Made by a program: the position numbers and the translations under genes. DNA of 42,591 bases from Pachysolen tannophilus NRRL Y-2460 (lineage: Eukaryota). Position 1 is the first letter of the stretch, and every line of letters starts with the position of its first letter. Under the pieces are notes generated by a model, which did not search any database, was not told the DNA's origin, and worked only from the letters and a program-made list of their open reading frames with translations. Below, in pieces: positions 21,264 through 32,848 of the stretch. Location of the stretch: NCBI GenBank assembly GCA_001661245.1, contig KV454011.1, positions 1,514,724 through 1,557,314 of the forward strand, given 5' to 3'.

Positions 21264-22721
21264 TTATTTTGTCCTTGTTAAAATTGAGTTAGTCAAAAAT
21301 TCTAATGCTGAACGTGCATCACTATTTGGTAAAATACTCAAATTTTGTAAAGCACGATTACAATAATCTTGGGCCATCAGTCTAGTTTGTTGAACTCCAT
21401 TACAAGCTTTAACAGCCAGTCTTGCAGTTTCAACATCACCTGGTTCGCTAAACTTTCTACCAATCATCGGTCCTAGCTCTGGTCTTTCTTTCCAAGCATA
21501 CAAGACTGGAGCAGTAGCTAATCCTAATTTTAGATCTGCTCCTGAAGGTTTACCCAATTCTTCATCACTTCTAGTATAATCTAACATATCGTCAACCATT
21601 TGGAAACATAATCCCAAATTTCTTCCAAATTGATAGCAGTTTTCCACAACATCTAATTGTGCACCTGAAAGGATTGCTGCTGACCTTGCCGATTTGGACA
21701 TCAACGATGCAGTTTTTAAATAAGTTTTGTGTATATAATATTCAAATGCAGCATTTACATTTTCCTCATGAGTTATATTGGCTGGGTTTCTTGTTGGGAC
21801 AACAGAATATTCATGAAGTTGAACGGGCACTTTCCCAGTTGCTTGTGGTATTTGTTTATCACCTTCTACAACATTGGTATTTGGCTGGAAAACTGTATTT
21901 TTCAATTGCATGAATTCTCCTTCAACCAAATTTGCTATTGTCATAGACATTAATTCAATAACTTCAGGATTTCTTAACCTTGCAATGGCAACTGAAGCTC
22001 TACCTAATAAAAAATCACCTGCTAAAATAGCCATCTTATTTGTAAAAGCGATATTACCACTTGGTCTTCCTCTTCTAGAATCTGAAAAATCTATAACGTC
22101 ATCATGTAATAAAGATGCTGTATGGATCATTTCTACAATTTCACCTAATCTTCTCTGTTTTGGTAATATCCCATTTTGTTTATCCAATTCTGGCAATTTA
22201 CCCAATGGTTTAGTTAATGGGTCTAACACAATACTAGGATTGATACCATGTAAAATGGCTAATGGTGAAATCGAATCTATGACACTTCTACCTGCAATTG
22301 TCGGTTTGCTCGGAAGACCAGGGAAATTTGGTTGAGTCGTAACATCCAGTTCATCAATTGGAACTCTATTTCTTTGTTCAATTGGAATCTTTGAAAGTGC
22401 TTTTGATAATAGTAAAACAATTAATGGTCTAACATTTTTACCTTCAGCCTCAAAATAATAAGATGATACTCTATTTAAAGTAGGATGACCTGAACTGATT
22501 AAACCAGCAATATTTTTCAGCAATGAAGACATTTCATTACTAACAATAGAAAAAGGATCAGTAAAAGATGATTTCTTAGAAGGTTGCACCAACTTTTCTG
22601 CAGTCTCAATCGCAGTTGCCCATGAAGATCCATTTCGAGAGTATCTAGCAATTGGAGCAATTATCAATTTGAAGTTTCTAGAGTTTCTAGACAGAAACCC
22701 TCTGTGTAAAAATCTCAACAT
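21264..22721 (-). CDS. COQ1: Trans-polyprenyl diphosphate synthase (ubiquinone side chain)
   Basis: Likely ATG at 22721 (MLRFLHRGF presequence). EMIHTASLLHDDVID...RRG, YLKTA, FQMVDDMLD and GKPSGADL. Confidence 0.96.
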   Translation of the reverse strand: MLRFLHRGFLSRNSRNFKLIIAPIARYSRNGSSWATAIETAEKLVQPSKKSSFTDPFSIVSNEMSSLLKNIAGLISSGHPTLNRVSSYYFEAEGKNVRPLIVLLLSKALSKIPIEQRNRVPIDELDVTTQPNFPGLPSKPTIAGRSVIDSISPLAILHGINPSIVLDPLTKPLGKLPELDKQNGILPKQRRLGEIVEMIHTASLLHDDVIDFSDSRRGRPSGNIAFTNKMAILAGDFLLGRASVAIARLRNPEVIELMSMTIANLVEGEFMQLKNTVFQPNTNVVEGDKQIPQATGKVPVQLHEYSVVPTRNPANITHEENVNAAFEYYIHKTYLKTASLMSKSARSAAILSGAQLDVVENCYQFGRNLGLCFQMVDDMLDYTRSDEELGKPSGADLKLGLATAPVLYAWKERPELGPMIGRKFSEPGDVETARLAVKACNGVQQTRLMAQDYCNRALQNLSILPNSDARSALEFLTNSILTRTK

Positions 22722-23326
22722 TGTAAAAAAGTAAACGATTGGAAAACTTTCAAAATGAATTTTTATAGATTCATATATATATATATATATCAATATTTAA
22801 ATGACAAACAAATGCAAATAAAGCTCAATGGTATTTAAAATGCTCTCCCAATTTTCCCTTTTTTTTTTGGTTCCCAACTTTTTGTATTTTTTTCTCTTTA
22901 ATCTTGACTTCACTTGACTTTTTTTCTCTCTCTCCAAAGCCTTCTATAAACAACAAACAATACCAATAGAACCAACAATTGATAATATTAACAAAGATTG
23001 AAAAATTCTATATAATTTATAAAGTGATATAGATTAGAGCAACTGTTAATCAATTTTTAATAAAAAAAGTTTTGCTTTTTTTTACTGATTTTTTGGTTTT
23101 TTTTTTTTTTGGTGCATTTTTTTTTTTCAGGGCGAAAAAAGAGAAGTAAAATAGAAGAACAAATCATAAGTGAATAGATTGATCATAATTTTTTTTTTGT
23201 ATTGCTGTTGAAAAAGAGATTTTGGATCTAGAGTTATTTGAGTTGAATTTGAGTTTTTGTGTGGTGTGAGTGGGTTATTTTTTTGATTTGAGAAAGATTT
23301 GGTAATTTTGGTAACTTTTAATAATC

Positions 23327-24145
23327 ATGACGGAATCATGGATATCGACATTTCCTGGGTATACTCAACTGCTTTCTTTGACCAAGAAATTTTTTGCTAA
23401 TATAATAAAGACGGGTCCGGTGCCTCAACATATAGGGTTTGTTATGGATGGTAATAGACGTTTTGCTAGGAGAAATAAAATTGAACTTAAAGAAGGTCAT
23501 AATGCTGGGTATGAAAGTATGGCTCATACTTTAGAATTATGTTATGAATGTGGTGTTAAATCTGCAACTGTATTTGCATTTAGTATAGAAAATTTTAAAA
23601 GATCTCCAATAGAGGTGGAATGGTTAATGGAGTTGGCCAAATCCAGGTTACTTCAAATAGTTGAACATGGGGAATTATGTGAAAAATATGGTATTAGATT
23701 AAATATAGTAGGAAATATAAAACTTTTACCAAAAGATGTTCAAGAGATTTTAATAGAAGCTGAAAGAATAACAAAGGGTAATAAGAGAGCAATTTTAAAT
23801 GTTTGTATTCCATATACTTCTAGAGATGATATGACACATGCAATTAAATCAGTGGTGAAACAAGTTAAATCGGATAAGTTATCTACTGAAGATATAACTG
23901 CAGATACTATAACTGAAAATTTATATACAGCAGGTGTACCACCATTAGAATTATTAATTAGAACTAGTGGTACACATCGGTTCAGTGACTTTATGTTATG
24001 GGAAGCTAGTGATTCAGGTGTGATGGTTGAGATGATTGATACGTTATGGCCTGATTTCACACCTTTCCAATTATATTTGATTTTATTAAAATTTAGTTTT
24101 AATTATGATAGGAGAAGACTTTGTAAAAAAAAAATAACTTTATAG
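23327..24145 (+). CDS. RER2: Cis-prenyltransferase (dehydrodolichyl diphosphate synthase)
   Basis: PQHIGFVMDGNRRFA, FAFSIENFKR, LLIRTSGTHRFSDFMLW and LWPDF. Confidence 0.94.
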   Translation: MTESWISTFPGYTQLLSLTKKFFANIIKTGPVPQHIGFVMDGNRRFARRNKIELKEGHNAGYESMAHTLELCYECGVKSATVFAFSIENFKRSPIEVEWLMELAKSRLLQIVEHGELCEKYGIRLNIVGNIKLLPKDVQEILIEAERITKGNKRAILNVCIPYTSRDDMTHAIKSVVKQVKSDKLSTEDITADTITENLYTAGVPPLELLIRTSGTHRFSDFMLWEASDSGVMVEMIDTLWPDFTPFQLYLILLKFSFNYDRRRLCKKKITL

Positions 24146-24302
24146 ATGGATTTTTATTTATAGTCATTGAACAATAATATATGTAAATAAATTTAAAAAA
24201 AACTACAAAATTCATTACAATAATAGAATAGGATAACATATATAGATTGAAATTTTTTTTTTATAAAATTATTCTTAATTCTTATTATTACTATTTAAAT
24301 AC

Positions 24303-24920
24303 TTATTTAGCTTCTTTATTAGCTTCTTTAGCCTTTTCGAATTCTTCTTTAAACTTATCAGCATTTTCCTTATTACCAAATCTGATAGCCAATGTTTGAG
24401 CTTCTGGTTCACCTTCTGAAACATCTGCAGTAACAGTATAAACCCATGATCTATCACTTCCAACATTTGGTTTTAATTCATATTCCGGTGAAATAAAATG
24501 ATTAGCACAAGTCTTTAAAGTCTTATCCCTTCTCATCAACAATCTAACCTTGTTCGTCTGTTTATGTTTCAAAAACTTGACATCACCAGTACCTCTTTCT
24601 TTCCATTCTTTTGATTCTGCAGCAAATTTAAATAATTTAGCTCTAACTTTTAATAATACTTCTTCATTTTCTTCATTGGTCTTGACTTCAACTTTCTCAA
24701 GCTTTACCAATGGCTCAAAATGAATCTCTGGTGACTCTGGAGCATCCTCATCATTTTTCTTAGAATCTTCATCATTTTCTTCCTTATCATCATTTTTTTC
24801 TTTATCATCAGATTTCTCCAATTCTGGTTTTTTCTTAGAACCTCCAAACATTGAAAAAACACTGGCTGTTGGTGGAGCTGGAGTAGACTTAACTTCCGGG
24901 GTCTTTGATTCTTCGGCCAT
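24303..24920 (-). CDS. YRB1: Ran-binding protein 1
   Basis: [33 protein letters not shown] and [10 protein letters not shown]. Confidence 0.97.
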   Translation of the reverse strand: MAEESKTPEVKSTPAPPTASVFSMFGGSKKKPELEKSDDKEKNDDKEENDEDSKKNDEDAPESPEIHFEPLVKLEKVEVKTNEENEEVLLKVRAKLFKFAAESKEWKERGTGDVKFLKHKQTNKVRLLMRRDKTLKTCANHFISPEYELKPNVGSDRSWVYTVTADVSEGEPEAQTLAIRFGNKENADKFKEEFEKAKEANKEAK

Positions 24921-25232
24921 ATTGTTCCTATATAAATACTATGAATATATAAAAATTCTTTCTTTACTAAATTAAAGAATAATATTATATATATATATAT
25001 AAAGTTACAATATTATTATTGTGATGGATTTCTTTTCAAAATTTTTTTTTAATGTTTTTTTTTTACTTTACTTTTTCCTCATTTCTCTTGAGACAAGAAC
25101 AACAACAAAAAAATTTAAAAAATTAAAAAAATTTAAAAAATTAAAAAAAAACATAAAAATGTTTCCTAAAACGGATGCATTTGAAACACAGACTTCTTTA
25201 AAAAGTAATTCTTGTGATTTGAAGTCAAGACA

Positions 25233-25239
25233 TTACCCG
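25233..25239. promoter_or_regulatory. Reb1-type site TTACCCG in the YRB1/NTH1 divergent promoter
   Basis: Exact consensus, with a second TTACCCA at 25252-25258. Function is inferred only. Confidence 0.35.
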
Positions 25240-26098
25240 ATTTGAGTGTGATTACCCAATGGGGAAACTGCTTCTCACGCGATGGCTTTAAAGAAACAAA
25301 GAGAACAAAAGAGAAAACAAAAGAGATAATGATGAAGGTAATGATGGTGAAGTTTCTAAGAGTTGAAGCAATTGGCGGTCACTTTTAAAAACCCAAGATT
25401 TAGCATTTACAATGGTTTTATAACTAGTGTAAGAAAAAGTGTTCATTATTGATTGATGATTAATGTTTTGTATATATTAAATAGGTTTTGTTTGGATTTC
25501 GAAAAAAATTCAATTATACAAATATTCATATAACAAAGTATTAGATTACAATGTTTTAATAAATTTAATCAAAAACCAAGATTATTCTTATTCTATGTTT
25601 GTTATTAAGAATTACCACTGGTAATCAATTGGTAATCAATTATTATTATTACATGATACAAGATGAGACAAAGTTATTTATATATATATATGTTTATTAA
25701 TAAAAATCTATAAAAATCACCGTATCTATCTATTATAACCACAAAGAAAAAAAAAGAAAAACCAAGAACAAAACATAAATACTACATACTTTTCAATATA
25801 AATACATTTTCTTTTTTTTTTTTTTGCTTTTTTCTTATGTTCATCATATATATATCTCTAATCAATCCATCTATTTATTGTTTATTAGATATTAGTTTAT
25901 TTCTCGAATGATCTGTTTTTTAATGTCGGTTCCTGTGAGTTTCTGTCATTAATTGATTCCTTTCGGTAATTAAAGAAGTAGTAGTAAAAATAAAAAAAAA
26001 AAAAATAATAAAAAGATTGAATATTTAATATCTATATATATATATTTTTTTTTTGTTGGTGGCAAAATCAGGAAATTGATTGAATTAGAAGCCCAATC

Positions 26099-28318
26099 AT
26101 GGAATATTTAATGAAGAAAAAAAAACGGAACTCATCCGTTGGGAGTGATGATATTGATCCATATTCAGACCCAGATATTTATTATGGTCCAAAGACAAAT
26201 CCAACACTTGCAACTAAAGATTCTAAAATAGGTAGAACAAGAACTCTTTCAACAGTAGAACAACTGTTTAATAAGAATTTTCTTAGAGATGAATTTCAAA
26301 CTTCTTTAACAAGAAGAGCTTCATATGATGATAATAGTCAACAAAATAGACGTTTTTTCATTAGTGATATTGACGCCACTTTAAAAGAATTATTAGAAAG
26401 TGAAGATAGTGATAAAAATTATCAAATAACTATTGAAGATACAGGACCAAAAGTATTAAAATTGGGGACTCTTAATAGTAATGGTTATAATCAAGCAGAT
26501 ATTAGAGGTACTTATATGTTATCGAATCTTTTACAAGAATTAACAATTGCTAAAAGATTTGGTAGAGATCAAATGATTTTAGATGAAGCAAGATTAAATG
26601 AAACTCCTGTTAAAAGATTAAGAAGATTAATTGTTACACAATTTTGGAATTCTTTAACTAGAAGATTAGATGATACTAATATAGGAGTTATGGCTAAAGA
26701 TACAAAAATTCATTCAGAAGATGCAAAATATCCAAGAATTTATATTCCATATACTGAAAAGGAACAATATGATTATTTTTGTAATGTAAGAGATTTAAAT
26801 CCACAATTACATTTAGATGTTCAATATTTACCTAAAGAAATTACACCTGAATGGGTTCAATCTGTTAATACTAGACCTGGGTTATTGGCATTAGCAATGG
26901 ATAAACAAATTGATAAAATTACTGGTGAATCTTATCTTACAGCATTCCCATATGTTGTACCAGGTGGTAGATTTAATGAATTATATGGTTGGGATTCATA
27001 TATGATTCTCTTGGGTTTATTAGTTGATAATAGAATTGATCTTGGAAGAGGAATAGTAGAACATTTTATATTTGAAATTAAACATTATGGAAAGATTTTA
27101 AATGCAAATAGATCTTACTATTTGTGTAGAACTCAACCACCATTTTTAACAGATCTGGCAATAAAAATATTTGAACTGATGGGTGGAAAGAGTAATGAAG
27201 TTGCATATGATCTTTTACAAAGAGCTTTTAAAGCTGCAATAAAAGAATACAAAACAGTATGGCTTTCAGAACCAAGATATGATCCAAAATCAGGATTATC
27301 ATGTTATCATGCAATGGGTAAAGGTATACCACCAGAAACAGAAGCAACACATTTTACTACTCTTTTAACACCTTATGCTCAAAAATATGGTGTTTCATTT
27401 GAAGAATTTCAAAAATTATATAATGATGGTAAAATTCATGAACCTAAATTAGATGAATATTTTATTCATGATCGTTCTGTTAGAGAAAGTGGTCATGATA
27501 CTTCATATAGATTAGAAGGTCGTTCTGCAAACTTGGCAACAATTGATTTGAATTCTTTATTATATAAATATGAAAAGGATATTTCTTTTATTATTAAAAA
27601 TTTTTTCAATGATGAATTTGTTTCTTATGATGGAACAATGGAAAAATCTCTGTATTGGGATCTGAAAGCTATTAAAAGAAAAGAAGCTGTTGATAAATAT
27701 TGTTGGAATGAACATGAAGGAATGTATTTCGATTATGATATTAAATTAGAAAAACAATCATCATATGAAACTGTTACAACACTTTGGCCTATGTGGTCAC
27801 AAATGGCTTCAAAACATCAAGCTGAACTATTAGTTAAAAAAGCTTTACCAAAATTTGAAGAATTAGGTGGTTTAGTTGCAGGTACAGAAAGTTCAAGAGG
27901 TATTGTTAATTTACAACGTCCTTCCAGACAATGGGATTATCCATATGGTTGGGCTCCTCATCAAATGTTAGCATGGGTAGGTCTTGAAAATTATGGTTAT
28001 AAAAATGTAGCCAAGAGAATATGTTATAGGTGGCTTTACTTGATAACAAAGGCATTTGTCGATTACAACGGGATTGTAGTAGAAAAATACGACGTAACAA
28101 AAGGTACTGATCCTCATAAAGTGGATGCTGAGTATGGGAACCAAGGAGCAGATTTTAAAGGTGTTGCTACAGAAGGTTTTGGATGGGTTAATGCCAGCTT
28201 TATTCTTGGACTAACCTATTGTGATAACTTAGCCATTAGAAACTTAGATAGCGTGACTCCCCCACATGATTTTTTCCAACAACTTAAACCCGAAGAGAGA
28301 AAAGAATATGGATTATAA
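26099..28318 (+). CDS. NTH1: Neutral trehalase (GH37)
   Basis: PKA sites RTRTLS and RRAS, Ca-binding EDSDKNYQITIED, VPGGRFNELYGWDSY, RESGHD, QWDYPYGWAPHQ and EGFGWVN. Confidence 0.97.
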   Translation: MEYLMKKKKRNSSVGSDDIDPYSDPDIYYGPKTNPTLATKDSKIGRTRTLSTVEQLFNKNFLRDEFQTSLTRRASYDDNSQQNRRFFISDIDATLKELLESEDSDKNYQITIEDTGPKVLKLGTLNSNGYNQADIRGTYMLSNLLQELTIAKRFGRDQMILDEARLNETPVKRLRRLIVTQFWNSLTRRLDDTNIGVMAKDTKIHSEDAKYPRIYIPYTEKEQYDYFCNVRDLNPQLHLDVQYLPKEITPEWVQSVNTRPGLLALAMDKQIDKITGESYLTAFPYVVPGGRFNELYGWDSYMILLGLLVDNRIDLGRGIVEHFIFEIKHYGKILNANRSYYLCRTQPPFLTDLAIKIFELMGGKSNEVAYDLLQRAFKAAIKEYKTVWLSEPRYDPKSGLSCYHAMGKGIPPETEATHFTTLLTPYAQKYGVSFEEFQKLYNDGKIHEPKLDEYFIHDRSVRESGHDTSYRLEGRSANLATIDLNSLLYKYEKDISFIIKNFFNDEFVSYDGTMEKSLYWDLKAIKRKEAVDKYCWNEHEGMYFDYDIKLEKQSSYETVTTLWPMWSQMASKHQAELLVKKALPKFEELGGLVAGTESSRGIVNLQRPSRQWDYPYGWAPHQMLAWVGLENYGYKNVAKRICYRWLYLITKAFVDYNGIVVEKYDVTKGTDPHKVDAEYGNQGADFKGVATEGFGWVNASFILGLTYCDNLAIRNLDSVTPPHDFFQQLKPEERKEYGL

Positions 28319-28370
28319 CTAAAATATTGAAAAAAATTTTTTTTTTTATTTTTTTCTCAAGTATTATTTA

Positions 28371-28406
<36 letters not shown>

Positions 28407-28804
28407 TTACTATTACAGTTTAATACTGATTACTGACTACTATCACGTATTTTATTTCTATCACATTAAGCTTTTCAATAGTGTATATGCATACTCTTAT
28501 TTTTCGGTTCATTTTTTGACCCAATTTTTCCTTTTAGTCCGTTTAAGTTCCTGCACGAAGTTACGTAATCTCTTACGTAAGTCCAAATTCATGATCATTT
28601 AGTAAATAAAAATTTTCTTTGAAGCTTTAAGATAGAGAGCGGTATAAATATCTGGGTATTATTCATAATTTTAACAAACAAGAGTTATTTGAAAAGAATT
28701 GTATATAATCAATTATTTATTGTATTCTTTACTCTCTTTTTTTATTTTTATTTTTTTATATTTTCAAATATTGTTAAATTTTTTATCATATTCATTTATA
28801 AGCA

Positions 28805-29845
28805 ATGGTTAAAGTTGCAATTTTTGGTGCTGCTGGTGGTATAGGTCAAAGTTTAAGTTTGCTTGTAAAGTTGGATCAAAATGTTGATGAATTGGCGTTA
28901 TATGATGTAGTCAATGCTCCAGGTGTTGGTCAAGATCTTTCACATATAAATACCAAGGCTAAACTTTCTTCGTATTTACCTGAAAATGATGGATTAGCAA
29001 AATCTCTTGAGAATACGGATATTGTAGTTATTCCAGCTGGTGTTCCAAGAAAACCAGGTATGACTAGAGATGATTTATTTAAGATAAATGCTTCGATTAT
29101 AAGGGATTTAGCTGAAGGTATTGCAACTTATGGTAAAAAAGATGTTTTCATCTTGGTTATTTCGAATCCTGTAAATTCAACAGTACCAATGGTTGCTGAA
29201 GTATTAAAGAAATTTAAAGTTTATAATCCAAAAAGATTAGTTGGTGTTACTACTTTAGATTTGGTTAGATCAAATGAATTTTTAAAACAAATGTTACCAG
29301 AAGATAAAATAGATTCTTCAAATTTATTTGTACCAGTTATTGGTGGTCATTCTGGTGATACAATAGTTCCATTATTTTCTATTGGATGTCCTGAATATTA
29401 TAAAAAATTATCAACAGAACAAAGAGAATCTTTGATCCATAGAGTTCAATATGGTGGTGATGAAGTTGTAAAGGCAAAGAAAGGTATGGGCTCAGCTACA
29501 TTATCAATGGCTTATGCAGGTTATAGATTAACCAGTTCATTTATTAAAACTTTTAAAAATGAAGTTTCTAAAGAAGTTGCATTTATTGAATTAAATGATC
29601 AATTAAAAGGTGCCAAAGAAGCTAAAAAAATCATTTCTGAAAAATATGGTGGTAGCCATATAGATTATTTTGCATTACCTTTAATATTAGGTAAAGATGG
29701 TATAGAAGAAGTTGATTATAAGATTTTAGAACAAGCTGATGAAAAAGAACAAGAAATGATAGAAATTGCAGTTAAACAATTGGAAAAAAATATTGTTAAA
29801 GGTAAAAATTTCATTAGTGGAATTGAAACTTCATTCTCTGCATAA
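28805..29845 (+). CDS. MDH2: Cytosolic malate dehydrogenase
   Basis: [34 protein letters not shown] and GGHSG. No presequence and no PTS1. Adjacent to RPL25, as MDH2 is in S. cerevisiae. Confidence 0.88.
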   Translation: MVKVAIFGAAGGIGQSLSLLVKLDQNVDELALYDVVNAPGVGQDLSHINTKAKLSSYLPENDGLAKSLENTDIVVIPAGVPRKPGMTRDDLFKINASIIRDLAEGIATYGKKDVFILVISNPVNSTVPMVAEVLKKFKVYNPKRLVGVTTLDLVRSNEFLKQMLPEDKIDSSNLFVPVIGGHSGDTIVPLFSIGCPEYYKKLSTEQRESLIHRVQYGGDEVVKAKKGMGSATLSMAYAGYRLTSSFIKTFKNEVSKEVAFIELNDQLKGAKEAKKIISEKYGGSHIDYFALPLILGKDGIEEVDYKILEQADEKEQEMIEIAVKQLEKNIVKGKNFISGIETSFSA

Positions 29846-30241
29846 ATGGAAATTATTATTTATGCTTCATACACATATTTAATTTATACATTTTTTATTT
29901 CATATTTTTGGATGAATTTTTATTTTTTTTATTTTTAAATTATTTTTTTTTTTTTTTTTTTTTGTGGGTATATTTATGTTTTGTTATTGATGATGACTTT
30001 TTTTTATATATATGGGACAATTTTTATTTAAAATTTTCGTGAATTAAATCAATTAATTAATCAATTGTAAAAGCTTTTTTTTTTTTTTTTCAGAAAATGT
30101 GTTTAATTAAATTAACTATACAAAATTGTAACAAATTATTAAAAAAAAAAAAAAAAAAAATATAAAAAACCCAAAATTTAAATTTTTTAAAAACTTTTTC
30201 TACTTTTTACTTTTTTTTTTTTCCTTCTTCTTTTTCCTAGT

Positions 30242-31204
30242 TTAAATGTAACCAATCTTGTTAGCAATATCCAAAGCATCGTAATCAGCTGTTAATCTAA
30301 CATAAGCCTTCTTAGTTCCATTTGGTCTAACTAAAGTGTTAACAGATAAAACTTCAACTTCGTATAATTCCTTGACAGCTTTTTTAATTTGATGTTTGTT
30401 TGATTTTAAATCAACTTGGAAAACTAAGGTGTTACCATCTTCAACTTTTTTCATAGCAGTTTCAGAAGTGATTGGCGATTGGATGATCTTGTAAGAATCC
30501 AATCTGTTGTAGTGTGGAACAGATTTGGTATATTTTGGAGATCTTGATAATTTTAAGGTCTTTGGTAAACGGAAAGTTGTTGAGGTTCTGACTTTCAACG
30601 ATTTCTTACCAGATGTACCTTTTAAGGCTGATTTCTTAGCAGCAGTGGCTTTAGCAGTTGCTATTTTAAAAAAAAAAAAAAATAAAAAGTTAGTATTTGA
30701 AAAGTTTTTTTTCTTCTTTTTGTCACAAAAAGAGTAAAAATCTTGCCATATGTGATGGTGGTTGCTGAAACATGGTAATGGAAATGAAAAGCAAAAAAAG
30801 ACAATAATAAAACGAGAGGTACTCTTTGAAAATAATTGCTTCATGTAAAAATTTTCCACATTTTTTTCATTCGTAAAGTTAATGGATATTATATTGAGAT
30901 AAAAATCACTTTATTAATAATACCATCAAAAACTATCAAAACTAAATTCTTCATGATATAATCTCTTTTATTAAAAAATTAAAACTCATAATGAAGCAAA
31001 GAAATTAGAATAAAATATTTTTGAGCTCAACTCAAGTATAATCAATCAACTCTGAAAAAATGAAAACTTTTTTTTTCTTTCTCTCTTCCTGTCTCTGTCT
31101 ATCTATCTATCCATCTCTGATTATTCATTTTCCATCTCATTCTTTTCAACAAATACACATTTCACTGACACTCTTCTTAATTAACACTTACTAGTTGGAG
31201 CCAT
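30242..31204 (-). CDS. RPL25: 60S ribosomal protein L25 (uL23), 2 exons (31192-31204 and 30242-30660)
   Basis: The spliced protein reads [14 protein letters not shown]...TFRLPKTL...[23 protein letters not shown]. The ORF-track N-terminus is intronic. Confidence 0.97.
30661..31191 (-). other. Spliceosomal intron of RPL25 (531 nt)
   Basis: GTAAGT donor after a 13-nt exon 1, TACTAAC at 30689-30695 and TAG acceptor at 30661. The phase is consistent. Confidence 0.93.
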
Positions 31205-31704
31205 TTTCAAATATTGATAAATCTTGTCTATTGAATACTATTTCAAAAAGCTAACAATAAAATATAGTTAGTTAAATTTTTGGTCGTGTATTTTTCAATG
31301 TAAAAGTTTTTTTTTTTTTTTTTTTTTTTTTTCTTTCTTTCACAAAAATTTTCTTTGTTCTCAAAGTCTCTGGAAAAATAATACTAATATAATTTAATTT
31401 TTCTTTTGTTCATTTTTTTTAGCAGTCACACAAAAAATATTTATTTCGTATAATAAAATTATAAGTTAGTAATAATATTTAGTGATAGGTGTAAGGATGT
31501 AATTGAATATATACACCGTACACCAAATAAGTAAGGGGGGCCAGCAGCCCTAATACGTTAAAAAAAACTACAAAAGTAATATAAATAGATAGATAGATGA
31601 TTAGTTAATTGATTGATTGATTGATTAGTCGATTGATTGATTGGCTATATACATATGTGAGAGGGGTTATAAATTTACAAATTGTCAAGTTAGGGCCATT
31701 TCAT

Positions 31705-32373
31705 TCACAAACGACGTTGTCTTGAAGCTCTAACACCACCGAATTTTAATTTAGAATTATCTGAAATTCTTGTAATTTTTTCTCTAATATTTGTACCTTC
31801 TTTACCTAAAAATGCATCAACAAAACCTTTTCTTCCCTTTCCAAATAATTTCATTATAACTTCAATATTTTTATCTAAATAATTTCTTTGTTCTATAGTT
31901 TGAAACATTTTAGCAGCAAGTTGATATCCAGCTTCATATTCACCTCTTTGAGCTTTTCTAAAACCAACACACCCTGTAGAAAGACTTATTTTAACTTTTT
32001 GTGGTAATTGGAGATAATATAAAGTTTTATCCTTATGTGATAATTGTGGATTATTTTTTTCAAAATTTTTATCTTCAACAACAGCTGCTAATGTCATATG
32101 AGTATTATTTTTAGCAAATGTACAATGAAGAATATATTTAACAACTTCTTCTCTTTTCTTTAACTTGATACTATCATCCAAATTTTTATTTTGTAATGAA
32201 TTTTGTTGTTGTTGTTGTTGATCAGCAATAGACCTAAACGTTACTGGTTGTTGTAATCTTTTATCATTTAACAATTTTACGGATGAAGAAAAACTTCTTG
32301 TAATTTCAAAAAAATTTTTCTTGGGTAAAGATATCAATCTGCAAGAATTGGATAACGAATATCTTAAAGACAT
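31705..32373 (-). CDS. MRPS18: Mitochondrial ribosomal protein uS11m
   Basis: Likely ATG at 32373 ([12 protein letters not shown] presequence). [30 protein letters not shown] and [12 protein letters not shown]. Confidence 0.9.
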   Translation of the reverse strand: MSLRYSLSNSCRLISLPKKNFFEITRSFSSSVKLLNDKRLQQPVTFRSIADQQQQQQNSLQNKNLDDSIKLKKREEVVKYILHCTFAKNNTHMTLAAVVEDKNFEKNNPQLSHKDKTLYYLQLPQKVKISLSTGCVGFRKAQRGEYEAGYQLAAKMFQTIEQRNYLDKNIEVIMKLFGKGRKGFVDAFLGKEGTNIREKITRISDNSKLKFGGVRASRQRRL

Positions 32374-32530
32374 TATCACAAATAGATTGATCAAAAAAAT
32401 ATTTAGATAATAACTAAAAAACAAACTATATATATTATATAACTTTAAACTTGTTATTTCTTTAGTTTTCATTTAACATTGAAAAGTTTTGTTTTAGATT
32501 CAAAGAAATGTCGTGTCAATAGTGGAGCAT

Positions 32531-32646
32531 AGAAGTACAGAAGTACAGAAGTACACGACTTTGTTTTTTTTTTATCTTTTGAGTTACCTCATGAATTATC
32601 TCTGCATGGGCCCCTCTTCAGGGGCCCCCTCTGCATGGCCCTCTTC
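32531..32646. repeat. (AGAAGTAC)x3 plus a GC-rich imperfect direct repeat containing CCCCT/AGGGG
   Basis: Tandem 8-mer at 32531-32554. CTCTGCATGG(G)CCC(C)TCTTC occurs twice within 32600-32646. Confidence 0.75.
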
Positions 32647-32813
32647 TAGCCTCAAAAGGGTGGCAACGGAACCACAAATTGGGCGGACACTGATGGGAAA
32701 ACCTAAGCGGAAGAATTTCACAAAAAAAAAAAAGAGAAAAAATCTGTAAAAGTAATAGAATCAATTAGTAGTAGCATTAACAGTAACACTTTACTATCTA
32801 TATAAATCTATCA

Positions 32814-32848
<35 letters not shown>

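Noticed and set aside
28442..28547. Point-centromere-like layout 3' of NTH1: ATCACGTA, then CCG about 90 bp later
   Set aside because: CDEI is mismatched (consensus RTCACRTG), the spacer is only about 74% AT, and the CCG lacks the CDEIII TG..TTTCCGAAA context. Point centromeres are not expected in this lineage.
29843..29900. Stop-codon readthrough giving a peroxisomal MDH isoform
   Set aside because: The stop is TAA-A rather than a leaky TGA-CTA, and the extension shows no PTS1.
30661..31191. Intronic snoRNA in the long RPL25 intron
   Set aside because: No C/D box pair or H/ACA hairpins recognised on the sense strand.
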